Of a stretch of DNA of 64,000 bases, positions 26,677-40,139 are shown in pieces. The notes under the pieces are model-generated. The model worked only from the letters and a program-made list of their open reading frames with translations, had not been told where the DNA came from and did not search any database. The position numbers were made by a program, and so were the translations under genes. Numbering within the stretch: position 1 is the stretch's first letter; every line of letters begins with the position of its first letter. Source of the DNA: the human T2T-CHM13v2.0 reference genome, Homo sapiens; NCBI RefSeq assembly GCF_009914755.1, contig NC_060925.1; one strand, written 5' to 3'.

Positions 26677-29215
26677 CATAATGGGTGCTGTCTGTGGGCT
26701 CCCAAACTCCCTTCCACAGGATCAGTGCACCTTTCCCTGTCTGTTGGCTCATAATCCCCCCTCTGCCAGAGCATTACCCTCACCTGAAATGAAACTGTCT
26801 CTTTGAGGAGTTTGTATAGTAACCACAGCCCAGTAACAGACTGACTCGGGGATGTACACAGCCTGTTTCCCACTCCTCTTGCCTCAAGGTGGAACCCTAA
26901 CTCTCATTCTGAGAGCACTTCTTCAATATATCACTTTTAAAACAATGACCATCTATGGCTCTGCTTTGGGATCCTGACTTGAGATGGTGCCAAAAGTGAT
27001 CCTCAGAAGCAGATTGTCAAGATGGGGTTCTAAAAGTAGATCACTTGCTGTCAGGATGACAATGAAGACCTCAATAAAATAGATGAAATATCAATAGCAC
27101 CTGGAATGCTGTAGCAGTGTGATTAACTAGAACAGGCTGCTTATGGAAGGGGATTCTGTAGGTCAGGCAATGTCTGTAAAGTTTCAGAGGTGTGATATAA
27201 ATAATAATTATAAGGACTGTGGAATTAGATGTTTGTTGCTATGTGCCATTGATGTACTGAAAAGAAAAAATTAGAGACACATCTATGATCATCCTTGTGG
27301 GAGGGGCAGAAAGCCTCCTTAGAGTTTCTATAAGAGATTCCTGTTGCCCATAGCCAGAGGACAAACAGTGCTGAAGACCAAAGACAATACCTAATTGTAA
27401 GAATGGAAGATGTGTAAAGAAGGTTGAATTTTAAGGTAAGCAAGCGTCTGAGGCCAAAAACAGAGCCTTAATAAGGAAGGGGAGGGATCCTGAGACTTCA
27501 GATTGACAAAACTAGGTAGATGCATTTAAAAACCTGGAATTATCGGATCTAATTCTTAGCCTTAATATGCAGCCTATGCTACCTCCCTGCTATAAAGAGG
27601 CCTCATATGAAGCAGGTACCTCACAAAACAATGCTTACCCTCCTTGGGATCTGCCCTTCACCCAACATAATCATTCATAGAGAAATAATGTTTAAATTTT
27701 TCAAGCAATTTTGTTTCTAAATTAGATTTTGGGGCAAAAGTTATTTGAGTAAACAGAATTAATGTTTAAAATGCAAGAATCACTATAGGAAAGCTGATCT
27801 TTGTTTATTGTACTTAGCATGAACCATGTTAAGCACGCCAGTATTAAGGAAAACCTTACTGTGAAAGTGCTTGGACTTCTGAGTGAGGAGATGGACTATA
27901 TGCTAGAGGAACTGTAAGATCTGGCTAATATGTATCAGTAGGTAAAAGGAAAATATGACCAGGAATGTATTCTGAGAGTGCTGGATCAAAGGAGACAGAC
28001 CATCAGCTGAAAAAAATGGGTTTTCTGTTATGGAAGCATCCTCTCATGACAGGACTTAATACCCTGGCAAGGAGCTTGGAAAGGAGTGCTAATATACCAT
28101 TTATCTGGCTCTTTTAATCTTGGAAAACCAAATAGCCCATACTAACTAAAGTAGAAATGCCAGAAATCTGTGACAGATTGGTGTAAAGAATAAAAAAGCT
28201 CCAAGAATTGGGTATACTATACTATATTATACTGTGCTATACTATACTATACTGTACTTTACTGTACTGTACTGTACTGTACTATACTATACTACACTAC
28301 ACTATACTATACTGGGTCCACCATGAAAAAAAACCCTAGAAATCCACAGATGAATATTTCTCAAGATGAAAAGAAATATGTTTGTAAGGAGGGCACCAGA
28401 ATCTCTAAGATGAACAGTGGTTGTCCTCTCTAAGACAGGGTCGATTGGAGGAGATGTCATAACACGCCCATGAACCCATGTATTAATAGAATGTCAGGAT
28501 CCAATAATAGCAAATGGTGATAAGGTCAGAATGGTAGTCAAGACAACCTGGCTCACTGTGATCTGTGGAGATACTAGTAGAACATGATAGTTCCAATTCA
28601 AGATAGATAGGCAGCCAACAAAAGTGTACATACACACACAGTGAATAAGCAGAATGCTGAAATCAGGGAAGAGTCAACATCCTGCTTTCTTGACCTGAAC
28701 TAATGCTCAGAAATAGAACTTACTGACTGAAAGAGACATGGGATCTCCAAGGGGAAAGACCTTGCAACAGAGAGTAGATGACAGTTTATGCTGTTGGTGC
28801 TCTTTCCAGATCCCTTTCATTGGGCCTTTCTCCAGGTGTTGGGAATGGTGATTGCTAAGGGTACGCTGCTGTCCCTTGTACAGAGCACTGGCTTTGGAAG
28901 AAAGAGAGCTGCCTTGCTCAGGAGATTATGAACCCCTGATCCTGGGGCTGTCAGGGTTACTGATTGCCTGATTTAGGGTACAAAGGGCTGGCCCTCTTGC
29001 GCTAAGGTGGAGCCAACCTTGTGATGCAAATGATGCTCCAGAATTGAGCTAGTCTCCAGCTGAGTCCACAGCCTTGCTTAGCTTTCTTTCCTTCCCCTAT
29101 CCTGTTTTTCTCTTCCCCTTCTCCCAGAAGTTTACTGTCTCCGAATTACTTTCACAAGTTATTTCACAAAACTCACTATTTCAACTTCTGCTTCTAGAGG
29201 ACTCACTTTGAACCA
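26677..29215 (+). mobile_element. Degenerate ERVL provirus: LTR16-type 5' LTR (~26677-26984), ERV3-16A3-like internal remnant, 3' LTR (~28780-29215)
   Basis: Both ends share LTR16C-like motifs (atgctgttggtgc..cagatccctt; cctcttgc.c..aaggtgga; ctctgcttctag). PBS-like tggtgccaaaagtgatcc at 26985-27002 and a purine tract before the 3' LTR. Confidence 0.75.
28213..28314. repeat. (TACTA)n/(TACTG)n pentanucleotide repeat
   Basis: About 20 pentamer units visible directly. Confidence 0.9.
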
Positions 29216-29609
29216 TGTTCAAAGTGAAAACCCTATATGCATCTAGGAGGCAGGAGAGGACTGATGGAAGATTTTTGCATCCTAAGTCCTCCTCTCAGTG
29301 CTTGGCATAAAGTTGAGGAAGAGTAAAAACAGTCCTGGATCTTCAGGTTGCTAGAGTGACAAGAAATTAGAGCTTCTTTGCTCCATTGTTTGTAAAACTG
29401 AGAAAATATTATGGGGTATATGACATAGTACATCCATGTATTATTAAAGTATTCATTATAGGGCCTGGCTCAGAATAAGTATTTAACACATGGAAGCTAT
29501 TTTTACTGTTTATTTTTTAATAGCTGCTAGGTATTTTCTCTTCATGAGACACGTAAGATTTAATCTTACTGAATTATTGTTTAGTAATTATTATTGATAA
29601 CATTAGATG

Positions 29610-29843
29610 AATGCATATCTATATAATAGGTACTGTCTTAGAGCATTTTTTGTACATCCCTGTGATCTTTTCAGTTACTCTGTGAGATTAGTATTATTCA
29701 TATTTGTATTTTGCACATGAGGAAACTGAGGAATGAATGGATACATGGCTTGCCCAATTTCTCAGAACTGGTAAAGAGTGGAGATGGAAAGATAATCCCA
29801 AATTCTGATTCCAGAATTCACACTCAATGACCACACTATGCTG
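29610..29843 (-). mobile_element. MIR
   Basis: attttgcacatgaggaaactgagg...ggcttgccca...cacactatgctg. Confidence 0.75.
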
Positions 29844-30454
29844 CCTCATTGCCATTAATCCTAAAGACAACACAAACAACATTTAATAAGTAACTAATTT
29901 GAATACTTGCTATAACAGCATTTCAAGAGAAAATATAAAGATTTTGCCTGCCTTAATACCATCATTGTTCTTTCAACACTTTTTTTGCGAGTATTTAATC
30001 ATTCGGATAGACTATATTTGGAAAAAAACTCCCAGTAGATACCTTTCATTTTTACTCTTTGGTTCCTATTATAATGCAGAAGTGGTTTGGATAGAAAATG
30101 TGTGACTATTCTGTTTTATCAGAGGTAATTTGAAAACAGCTTGGTGCAAAATCTGCTTATAAAATAAGTCATACTTTTTTCTCTATAGAATTTGAACCTT
30201 TACACACTGATTCTTATTGTGAAGATTAGCTTTTAAGAATTATTGTATATTTTGATTTGTAGGGAATTCTTTAAATAATGCAGAAAATAAATGCCTTCTT
30301 TGAGTTGTGTCTTTTTAAAAATTTATTTTGATTTTAGAAGCCTCAAAACCTATAGTTTAAATGATATAATTCAAAATACATTTGTGGTCAATTTCATATA
30401 ATCAACATATTTTCCTAGTTCTAAGTAAAGTATATTATTGGAGGCATAATTGTA

Positions 30455-30650
30455 ATAATAGCTTACTATATGTAACTTCCATTATGCTAAGCAGCTAACC
30501 TCCACAGCAATGCTGGGAGGAATTACTATGACCCCCCGCTCTACAAATAATGAAGCCAGGAGCCCGAAGGTGTGAAACCAGCCACATTCACACAGCTGCT
30601 AAGGGGCAGAACTGAAATTGGAACACAGGAACTGTAGCTATCAAAGCCCA
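30455..30650 (-). mobile_element. MIR
   Basis: ctacaaataatgaagccaggagcccgaagg...cacacagctgctaaggggcagaactgaaattggaac. Confidence 0.6.
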
Positions 30651-30969
30651 TTTTTATTTTAATCAATATGTTACACCATTTCCCTGGAGAAGCAAGTCAG
30701 AATCACTTGATTTTTGGAAAATGCAAGACATGCAGTAGACATATGGAGAAGTAGTGAGTAGGAGAAAAAATAAATCTGTTCTCTGATAATTATGCTGATT
30801 GACAGGACTAAAAGTTCAGATAAACACTTGTGATGATTGGGCAAGCTTCTTTCCCTTGATTTGTTTTAGAATATAACTTTGAATGTCCAAACATCCAGTC
30901 ATTTCAATTAATAAAAATCAGCCAAATTGTTTTCATTATTATTATATAGTTTTTAAAGAAGGGACAAGG

Positions 30970-31170
30970 GCAGTATGAAAAGAATATTGTGTGGGAGTCA
31001 GACAGACATAGATTTGAACTACAGTTTTGTACCTTAGGATAATTCTGAATCTACTGCTTTATTTTCCTTTCCTATAAAATGAGGATAGTATTGCCTACGA
31101 TCTATGGTTGTGGAGGAGATGAAAGATTATGCACCTGGTATATGATAACCATTGTTAACATCATTATTAG
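30970..31170 (+). mobile_element. MIR
   Basis: ggagtcagacagacatagatttgaa...tttcctttcctataaaatgaggatagtattgcctac. Confidence 0.7.
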
Positions 31171-31339
31171 CCATATTTTTATATAGTCTTTATGACAACA
31201 AAATTACAGGGGTTTGGTATTTTTTTCTTATGCTAATAACATTATGCCATATAGCAATCAATCTTTATGATCTTAAAGGTAAGTTGATTAAAGGATCTAA
31301 TTAAAATAGTCTTCATGTTACTTTAGTACCTGGAAGGGT

Positions 31340-31790
31340 ATACTTAGTATCATAGGGCTGTTGTACAAAGGACCACAACCTAGGTAACCTAAAACAACAG
31401 AAATTTATTCTCTCACAGTTCCGAAGGATGGAAGACTGAAATTAAGGTGTTGACAGGACCATGCTACCTCTAAGCCTCTATCGGAGGCTCCTTTCTTGGC
31501 TTTCCTAGTTTCTGACAGTTCCAGGCATTCTTTGGCATGTAAATACATCATTTTAATTGCTGTCTCCAATGGTCATGTGGCTGTCTTCCCCGTGCTATGT
31601 CTAAATTTCCCTCTTCTTATAAGGACACCAGTTATACTGGATTGGACTCCCACCTTACTCCAGTATGGCCTCATCTTAACTGATCACATCTGCACCTACC
31701 TTATTTCTAAATGAGATCACATTCACAGATAATAGGGTCGGGGGGTGTCTTCAACATATCTTTTTGAGGAACACCATTTGGTATTATAAA
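31340..31790 (-). mobile_element. MLT1B/C-type MaLR solo LTR
   Basis: aaaacaacagaaatttattctctcacagttc...cttataaggacaccagttatactggattgg...gatcacattcacagat. Confidence 0.85.
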
Positions 31791-34069
31791 AGTACTTAAG
31801 TAAGTCATTTTTAAAAATTCTTGTCAAAGTAATGATTCTATTTCAATGAATCTGGTATTTTTCCTAGTAACAGCAGTCTTGGAATCAAACCAACATGGAA
31901 TCAATCCTTCCATTTTCATTTCTGCCTCATCACCAGACTCCTCCGGGTGTTATTGTGGCTGCAGGCTTCCCCCAGACCACATAGTCTTCTGATTACTACC
32001 TTGCATCACACCTTCCATGGACAATTCCTTCATTTGGCATGGACAAGAATATTTTTGCCCAAATTATTCACTTGTTTCTGAGAATTAGAAACAGTTGTGA
32101 TATTGTGACATATTCCAGTGTCTAGAAAAAGATTATTTATGAAGAGATATTTATTCATCTTCAAAATGATAATTTATAGATGCTGAAATGATCCAAAAAT
32201 TGACCAGTTTTCTGAAACATACAAAATGCTCCAACATACTGATATTAATTAGGTTTGGAATATATTATGCATCTGCATGCATACTGTAGGGTATAATATT
32301 GTTAAATATAGAGCTCAGTAATTTTGTTATGAAGCAGTGTCTGTGTCCATAAAGTTTCCTGCTATCCTTGTTTGATATCATTTTCTTATTTACTGTTTGT
32401 ACATGGTGTGATGTAACTGCATATCTATTTATAGCTCCTATAAATTTGCCATATTGTTATAACTTTAGTACAGACTACTAAGCAGTGGCTCAGATAATTT
32501 TTATACTAAAAATAATTTCAAAACTAATTCTGGAGTAACTGAAGATTATTTCTTATGAAAGTAAACCAGAGAAAACTTTTTTTTGGCTTATGTTCAAATT
32601 ATATTTTTGTCCCGTCAAGCATTTTTAGTGCCAAAGTGCCAAATGGACGATTTTTTTTTTAAATAAATTCATCCAACAGATATTTAGTGGCACCATGGCA
32701 AGCATTTTGGTGTTAAATAGAGGCATACATGGGGGTCCTGGCCTCAGGGGATAAGATTCTAGGAGAGGGAGAATATGATGAGCCAAACTACAAACAGCTA
32801 TCCACCACAATACAGGGTGAAACCAGTGTTATATAGAGATACGACGTGCTAGAAAGGATTGTCTGACTTTGCAGATGAATGAAATTTCTAGAGAGGTGAA
32901 CACTAGGAGGTGGCAACAGCTTGGACCCAAGTATTAATTGAATTCATCAAATAGCTATGAAATGGATTTTATGGGCAATCATCTTTGCTTAGCGCTGAGG
33001 TAAACACAGAGATTAATTGGAAGAACTTACTCTTAATAAGTATACAGTTTATACAAATATGGAATTCAGCTGAAATAATTATAATTGAAGAAAGAATCTT
33101 TTGGAGACTAGATTCATATCTAGTTTGGCCAAAAAGATTTAATTCACCAAATGCTAAGTGCAATTTCCCATTTCATTTGCCTATTGTATTGTAGCCTAGA
33201 TTTGATATCATATAATTAAAGTTAGATGGTTTCAGTTTATCATACAACTCTAGAATAATATGTATTACCCAAAAATAGACTGTTTGCTTTATCTTTATTT
33301 ACAGTTCAATTTGTCTTCTTAAATGTAGTTCACTGTGGCAGATTTCCTTGATTTCTATGTTCTTTATTTTTCTCTCATTTTCCAATAATATCTAAGCCAT
33401 CATACTCCAATACCACTGTACAGAGTTAATTTATTTCTGTAAAAACTTTGCTGACAAATCTGTATTATTTGGCATTTCTCACTGTAATTATTTATTTATG
33501 GTGATTCCTTGTGGGATATATATTTAGTCACATATGCTAAAATATTTTCCAAAATGTAAACTTATGATTCACAAATAATAAAATAAACATGTATTGAATA
33601 TTTTTATTTAACTCATCAATTAATGAGAGGCCAGTAAATGTTAACAGTAGTTCAAAGGAGACTCCAAAGAACAGACATAATATAGGCCATAGAAATACAA
33701 AAATGAATTTGCTAATAGGTGCAAAACTAGTCAATATCCACAAAGTGGAAAGTGATTTTAATCTCAATGGGTGAAATATTTTCTCTATGGACAAGAATTA
33801 TTTGTTTTACCATTAGTTTTTTATAGCTTACAAAATTTTAAGACTGCATCCAAGAGAAAGCTCAGACCTTTATAGAATTAGATATCCTTACAAGGATCTG
33901 CTAGAAAATTCTTGCATTTCCATTGACATTAATCTTTTTGACCAGTTCAAATGTTTTAGAGGTTTTCACAAGGACCTATTCATCTTTAATACCTTTTGAG
34001 TTAGCCAATTAAAAACTCCATTTATCCCCTTTCCTAATCATGTAATTAGGATTCTACCTAAAGTGGGTG

Positions 34070-34290
34070 TAGTATAGCAAAAAAGAGCCTTTGAGGTGGG
34101 ACAAAAATTTGGGTTGGAGTCCCAGCTCTGTCATTAAATGGTTATGTAAAATTGGGCAAGTCTTACTTTCTTTGAGCTGTATTCTTTTTAGGCTGTAAAG
34201 TCAGGATGATAATATGTAGTTTAAGAATGCAAGATTAAAAACAGAAAATGATTTGTAAATGATAAAGTGGTATCTAAAAGTGAATTGCTG
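34070..34290 (+). mobile_element. MIR
   Basis: gggttggagtcccagctctgtcatt...ttgggcaagtcttactttctttgagc. Confidence 0.7.
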
Positions 34291-37200
34291 TTTTTATGAT
34301 ATTTACTGCCAGGTTTTCTCCACAGATGTACATTGCCTCAATTTGTTTTGTCCACTACTCTGCCATTAACTAGATTGCTGTGAGAATGATACCTTTCTGG
34401 AAAGAAATAAAAATAGCAAATACTTCTGCATTTAACCTTATTTTTAAAACATAATAATCAGAGAATAACTATTTGCTGTCTTGGAAGTTTATCCACCCTA
34501 AAAACCTGTATTAAATCTTTAGATATTTCTTTCTTTGTAGAAGAGTTCATGCAACAAGCTATACTTTTAAAGAAGTCTAGTTCTCTAGCTGAATGTGTGC
34601 ACTAAATAAGGAGCACTGGCATAAGAATTTCATTCTGATCTACTTTTGGAAATATTTCAGTGACGAGACTAGTTTTTATATTATTTTTCTTTCGGTCAAG
34701 TTTAATAAAGGTCTGCACAGCTCTACTTTATTTAAAGAAGGAAATATATTTATAATCTATTGTATATCTGCTAATTTCTATAAGATGCACTGTTTCAATA
34801 CTGTATTTTTTTATTTCTTGGACAGGTACTAATGTGAGAGGTGTAGAATTGATAATATTTTACAGTTTTTAATTAAAAATGTAAAGGCTCCTGGAGCAGA
34901 AGACCCATGTCGTATCTAGATGAAATAGTTTTGCAGGCTTTCACCTACATTAATCTTTTCAGTATAGTGATGAGTTGGAAAAGAAGATTTGATGTGAGAA
35001 TCATTCAAAAGCAAATAAAATAGGAAAAAGCTGATGAATAGCAAACAGTAAGTCACTGTTTGATTAGTTTGAAAGCTTCCTTTTTGTCATAATATTTTAA
35101 TGTTATGAATTGCATTATGTTCTTTTATTATTCTCCTTTCTCTCCTGCATACCACATCTATGCTATGTTTTTCATTATTGAAAAAAAAAGGGTAAGAAAG
35201 ACCCAGGAAGTGGAAATTTTTTAATTTGACTGATGAGGGAAAGGCATCTTAAATATTATTCAGCGAAATAGTAACAGAGAAGTGGTAAGAAAGAAGTTAG
35301 TGAGAAACTAAGTCCATCACTGCTCTTTCTTCAGTGGATCCTAAGTGCTTGTACTACAGAAATAAGGCCCAGATTTACCCCACATTAGCTTCGCTCTCCT
35401 GGACAACTGCCTCAACTGTGTTATATTAGTAAAGTGGAGGAGGGCAAAAAAAAAAAATATTGTGATAGCATGTAACACAAATTTTCATTTTTGCCTCAGA
35501 TTTTTAGCAGATGCTCCAAAAGTCAATTTAGTAATTGCAAAACATCCTTATATACTTCAGTGAAATGCCAGATGACCTATGAATGATATTCAAATACATT
35601 TTGAAGGCAGTTTTATAAGCTGAGACTCATCACTCACCACCTGTAATAAAGATGATGGCATGGAATATATTGGAGGTTTGATGAGGCTGTTGAGAATCTG
35701 TTTAGTAAGAATAGTCAGTGTGCAGTTTGCTTTTATGTTCCTTTGGGAAAGGAAATCTGGTTGGAGTGGGAAAATCAGGGAAGTTTTGGCATACGCTAGA
35801 CTCAGAAAATTTCAACATCCCGTGCCACACACACAAATTACATGTGAGCTAAAACACAATATTGGGAGTTAATTTGTTATTTCATTGTTATGTCTAGGTT
35901 TTTTGCTAAAAGGTAATTAAGTAAATTCTTCTTCAGGCTTCTGTTTCTAACAGCCACATAAGACAATACTTTTTTTATCATACAAAAATCCATACATAAA
36001 TTATTATGAGTATTCAAAGACTTATTTGAAATGTCTAGAAAATGATAGGGATTCAATAAATATTTATTGAATTTATAAATTGATGTCAGATTTTAGATAG
36101 AACTGGAAAACTTATAGCAGGGGATTCAGGAGCATCTCACTAAGGAACTTGTCCTAAGGAAGAAAGAGCCAGGGATGATGGTGTTAACCTTATAATAAAA
36201 TACAAAACCTCAGGCAAGAATCTTGAGAGTGTTGGCTGCTTTCAGAGTCCATACTAGCTATCCTGGATCTATATCTGGGTCCCGGGAATAAAGGGGACTG
36301 AAAGAAAAGTCTTATTTAGCTCTAAAATGCATTGCGGGGGTGAGGGGTCCTCTAAATGAGTACAGTACCAAAGAGAAACCTACTCTCCCTGACCGCATCC
36401 TTTTCTCTCTTCTTGCCTTGATCTGGGGTGACATAGACCTATATGAAGCTTTGGCAGTTCAAAGGGTCAGAGAGACCCCTCAAAGAAAGATACTGGCCTT
36501 GTTGAACAGCTGGACTGACAGGCCCAAGTGAATGAACACCCATGCCCCTGGAAACTGTGCATTAGAGGAGAAAACAGAGAAACTTCCTTTGGGCCTGACT
36601 GGGTATTCAGTGACCATCAGGTCATTTCATTTGGTAAGTGTAATGTTGAGTATAAGCATGGCTTGAAGAATTACTGGGGAGTTGGCAGCAGGCTGAAGTC
36701 AGCAGATTTTTGAAGGAACTGGCATAATATGCATACCTTGTTTAAAGTAGAGTTATACCCTACAGAAGGGTGAGAAATGAAGGAATGCTATTAACAGAGA
36801 ATAAGCTCATTTATTTAAGGTTAGATTGAATTTTCCAAATCTCTTGAAGAAGTAGGGAGATCAGTGCAGCTGAGTTGACTATATGAGGATTTATTTTAAC
36901 AGCATGGTAGTGAATAAATTAGTCATTTGTAAGTGCCATCCTTCTATAATATTAGCGTGGTCAGAAATCTATTCTGTTGCAATTTCTAGTTCCACAAAAA
37001 AGGATTTATATGGCAATGAAACCCTGAAAACACAGCCTATCTGTATCTGATATGCCACTAGGTAGTTTAAAAAAAAAAAAGGAAGAAAGAGCTAAAACAA
37101 AACAAGCACCTATGGCTCAATGCCCAATCATTTTATTTCCTTGGATAAAGCTGTTGGATATGAACACCTGCATGTTTTCCAACATGATCTCATTTTATAA

Positions 37201-37840
37201 TGAGCCTTTGGTGAGTATATTGTGGTTCCAGGTGTCATTGTCTTTTCATTCTTTGGCATCCAGAAATGTAGCATTTGCATGACAAATGATTGCATTGGTT
37301 TTGGCAGTAAAGGGCCATTCTGCTGTGGGAAGATATGCAGAAAGGAACCTGCAGTGAGGCTAGTTTAAGGTAACTCTTATTTGGTTGGCTAGCTTCTTTT
37401 GGACTTCGCTGTTCTATCTGTGAGGTAAAGTCCCTGGATGTGTCAGTTCACATTGCAGCTGTGGCAATAAATGGTAAGCAAAGTAGTTGCTGCTACTCTT
37501 TGAGTTAATCTGCTTTTTTGTTAGTCATCTAGCAGATGCTTCTGCTATATAAATGGAACAGACTCTCTATTTGTGAAAAATGTAAAGTGGATAAGTGATG
37601 ACACATCTTAACATTCCTCCAGTTCATTTCAAGTATTTATGAAAATTGAAATATAACTCCCCATAAAACTGATTAAGTTTTGCAAATATGTAATCCACCC
37701 CTAATACTTGTTTTTTTTTTCCCAAAAGTCTGAATTGTAAGTTGAGGAATAAAATATGTAGTTAAGAGAAATGGTGTTTATAAATCAGGTAGACAAGTAG
37801 ACTCTTCTCCATCTCCTACTTCTAAACTATTACTTTGCTT

Positions 37841-38466
37841 TGTAAACCAAAAAGTATCTGAGACAAGTCTCAATCAATTGGTTAAGGACATGCCTGCAAA
37901 ACATCCTCAGGAGGTTCTGACAACATGTGCCCAAGGTGGTCAAGTTACAGTTTGGTTTCATACATTTGAGGGAGACATAAGACACCAATCAATACATGTA
38001 AGATGTACTTTGGTTTGATATGGGAATGCAGGACAACTTGAAGCCAGGAGTTGGTGGGGGTAGGTGGAGTCAACGATTTTTCTGATTGGCAATTGGTTGA
38101 AAGAGTTTATTTAAAGGAATGGAGTCAATAGAAGTGAGTGTCTGGGTTATGATAAGAGGTTGTAGAGACTAAGGTTCTCATTACGCAGATGAAGCCCTCA
38201 TGTAGCAGGCTTCAGAGAGAATAGATTGTAAGTGTTTCTTATCAGACTTAGAATCTGTTCTATCAGGTTTAAGATCTCTGTTTTAACATTAATACTGATC
38301 AGCTGTGTCTGAATTTCAATGGGAGAAAGGTATAATGAGTCCTGTCTGACCACCTATTCCCATCATGGCCTGCACTAGTGTTTCAAGTTTACTTTAGAAT
38401 GCTCTTGGCCAAAAGGAGGGTCCGTTAAGTTGGTTGGTAAACTTAGAATTTTATTTTTGTTTCACA
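37841..38466 (-). mobile_element. MER4-family ERV1 solo LTR
   Basis: tgtaaaccaaaaagtatctgagacaagtctcaatcaatt ... cttagaattttatttttgtttcaca; 4-bp TSD gctt at 37837-37840 and 38467-38470. Confidence 0.88.
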
Positions 38467-38718
38467 GCTTCAAAATAATCACATGGAACAAAAATTGTGT
38501 GGAAAAGATATATTTAAAAACATTCTTTTGGTCTTTCATTAGGTGTCTAGGAAGGTACGTGTGACTAGATGAACAAGAAAAAAGCAAAGCAGATAGATTG
38601 AGACATGGGTGAGAGTTGGAATAAAGAAACTTTAAAAGCCCCATTTAAAATCACAGGAAAATAAAAAATACTCAAGCTGAAATCCTGGTTAGATGATACT
38701 GTTTAATACTCATACAGT

Positions 38719-39256
38719 TGTTGACAAAAAGAGTCAAACTCTGTAAAACATTTGAGGAGATATATTCTGAGCCAAATATGTGTAACCAATGGCCTATTAC
38801 ACAGCCCCAGGAGATCATAAGAACATGTGCCCAAGGTGGCCAGTCTACAGCTTGGTTTTACACATTTTAGGGAGACGTAAGACTTCAATCAATACATGTA
38901 AGATGTATATTGGTTCCATCTGGAAAGGCAGGACAGCTCGAAGCAGGGACTTCCAGGTCATAGGCATTTCAAAGATTTTCTAATTGGCAATTGGTTAAAA
39001 GAGTTATCATCTAAATACTTATTATCAGACAAAAATAATCTGTTATATCAGCCTGAAGGTCTTTGTGTTGATGTTAATGCTGGTCAGTTGTGCCCACATT
39101 TCAAAAGGATAGTGGGTATAATGAGGCATGTCTGACTCCCCCTTCCCATTATGGCTTGAACTAGTTTTCCAGGTTAACAACTTTGGAATGTCTTTGGACC
39201 ACAGGAGGGGTCCATTCACATGGGTGAGGGGCTTAGAATTTTATTTTTGGTTTACG
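38719..39256 (-). mobile_element. Second MER4-family ERV1 solo LTR (different subfamily end)
   Basis: tgttgacaaaaagagtcaaactctgtaaaacatttgaggagatatattctgagccaaatatg ... ggggcttagaattttatttttggtttac. Confidence 0.88.
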
Positions 39257-39529
39257 TACTCATGAAATAAATCTTACTAAATTCTCACGAAGTGCAAGCA
39301 TGATGTTAGATGCTGGAAGTAAATTTCCTGTCCTCTAGGAGTGTACAAACTTGTTGAGGAGAGAGAAGTTTTAAACGTATGATATAGCTGCCAACTCTAA
39401 TTTTTTTATTATCTAAAGAGAGATTCTAAAATGCTCACAGAGCAGGTTAAGTGCCTTTGAGAATTTATTTATGTACGAACTTAGGTAAAGTCTCACAGAT
39501 TTATATTTCCAACTTCTTTTTTAAAGTTT

Positions 39530-40010
39530 CAAGTATTCAACTGTATACTCAATACTTCCACTTTCATGTTTCAAGGGCACATACTATTTAACATGTTTAA
39601 AAACTAACTCATTATCCTCTAACAAAAAAATAGCTCCTGTTTCAATGTTTTCTATCTTATTAACTGATCCTACTATAAATCCTGTTACAAGAAAACACAA
39701 GTCCTGTGTTCCTTTGAATCTTTCTTCCTCACCTATATATCCAATTTACACCAATTCTTGTCTCATTTAACTGCTAAGTATCTTAAATCTGAGCATATCT
39801 CCTTCCCAAGTGCTGCCACTCTATTCAAAGCTAAAATTTCTACGATTTGGATTCTGCCATTGGCCTACAACTTTGGCTCTCCCTCATTCTTTCTCTATCC
39901 TGCTGGCAGAATAACTTTTTCAAAATGCAGTTTATATGTTATCTCTCTAAAGAAAAAGCTTTCCATGTCTGCTATGCTCTTAGGATAAAGGTCAAATTCC
40001 TTAATAAAGC
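39530..40010 (+). mobile_element. L2 fragment
   Basis: ttaacatgtttaaaaactaactcattatc...tgctcttaggataaaggtcaaattcctt. Confidence 0.6.
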
Positions 40011-40139
40011 AGATAGGTTCTTTTAGGAACATGTGACAGAAAAGGTAGCCCAAACTAGCTTAAGCTACGAGAGGATGTATTAGTTCACACAATACAAATC
40101 TAGGAAAGTGGCTCATTTCAGGCACAACTTGAAGCAACC

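Noticed and set aside
28213-28314. CRISPR-like or other array
   Set aside because: A simple pentamer repeat without spacers, in a eukaryotic context.
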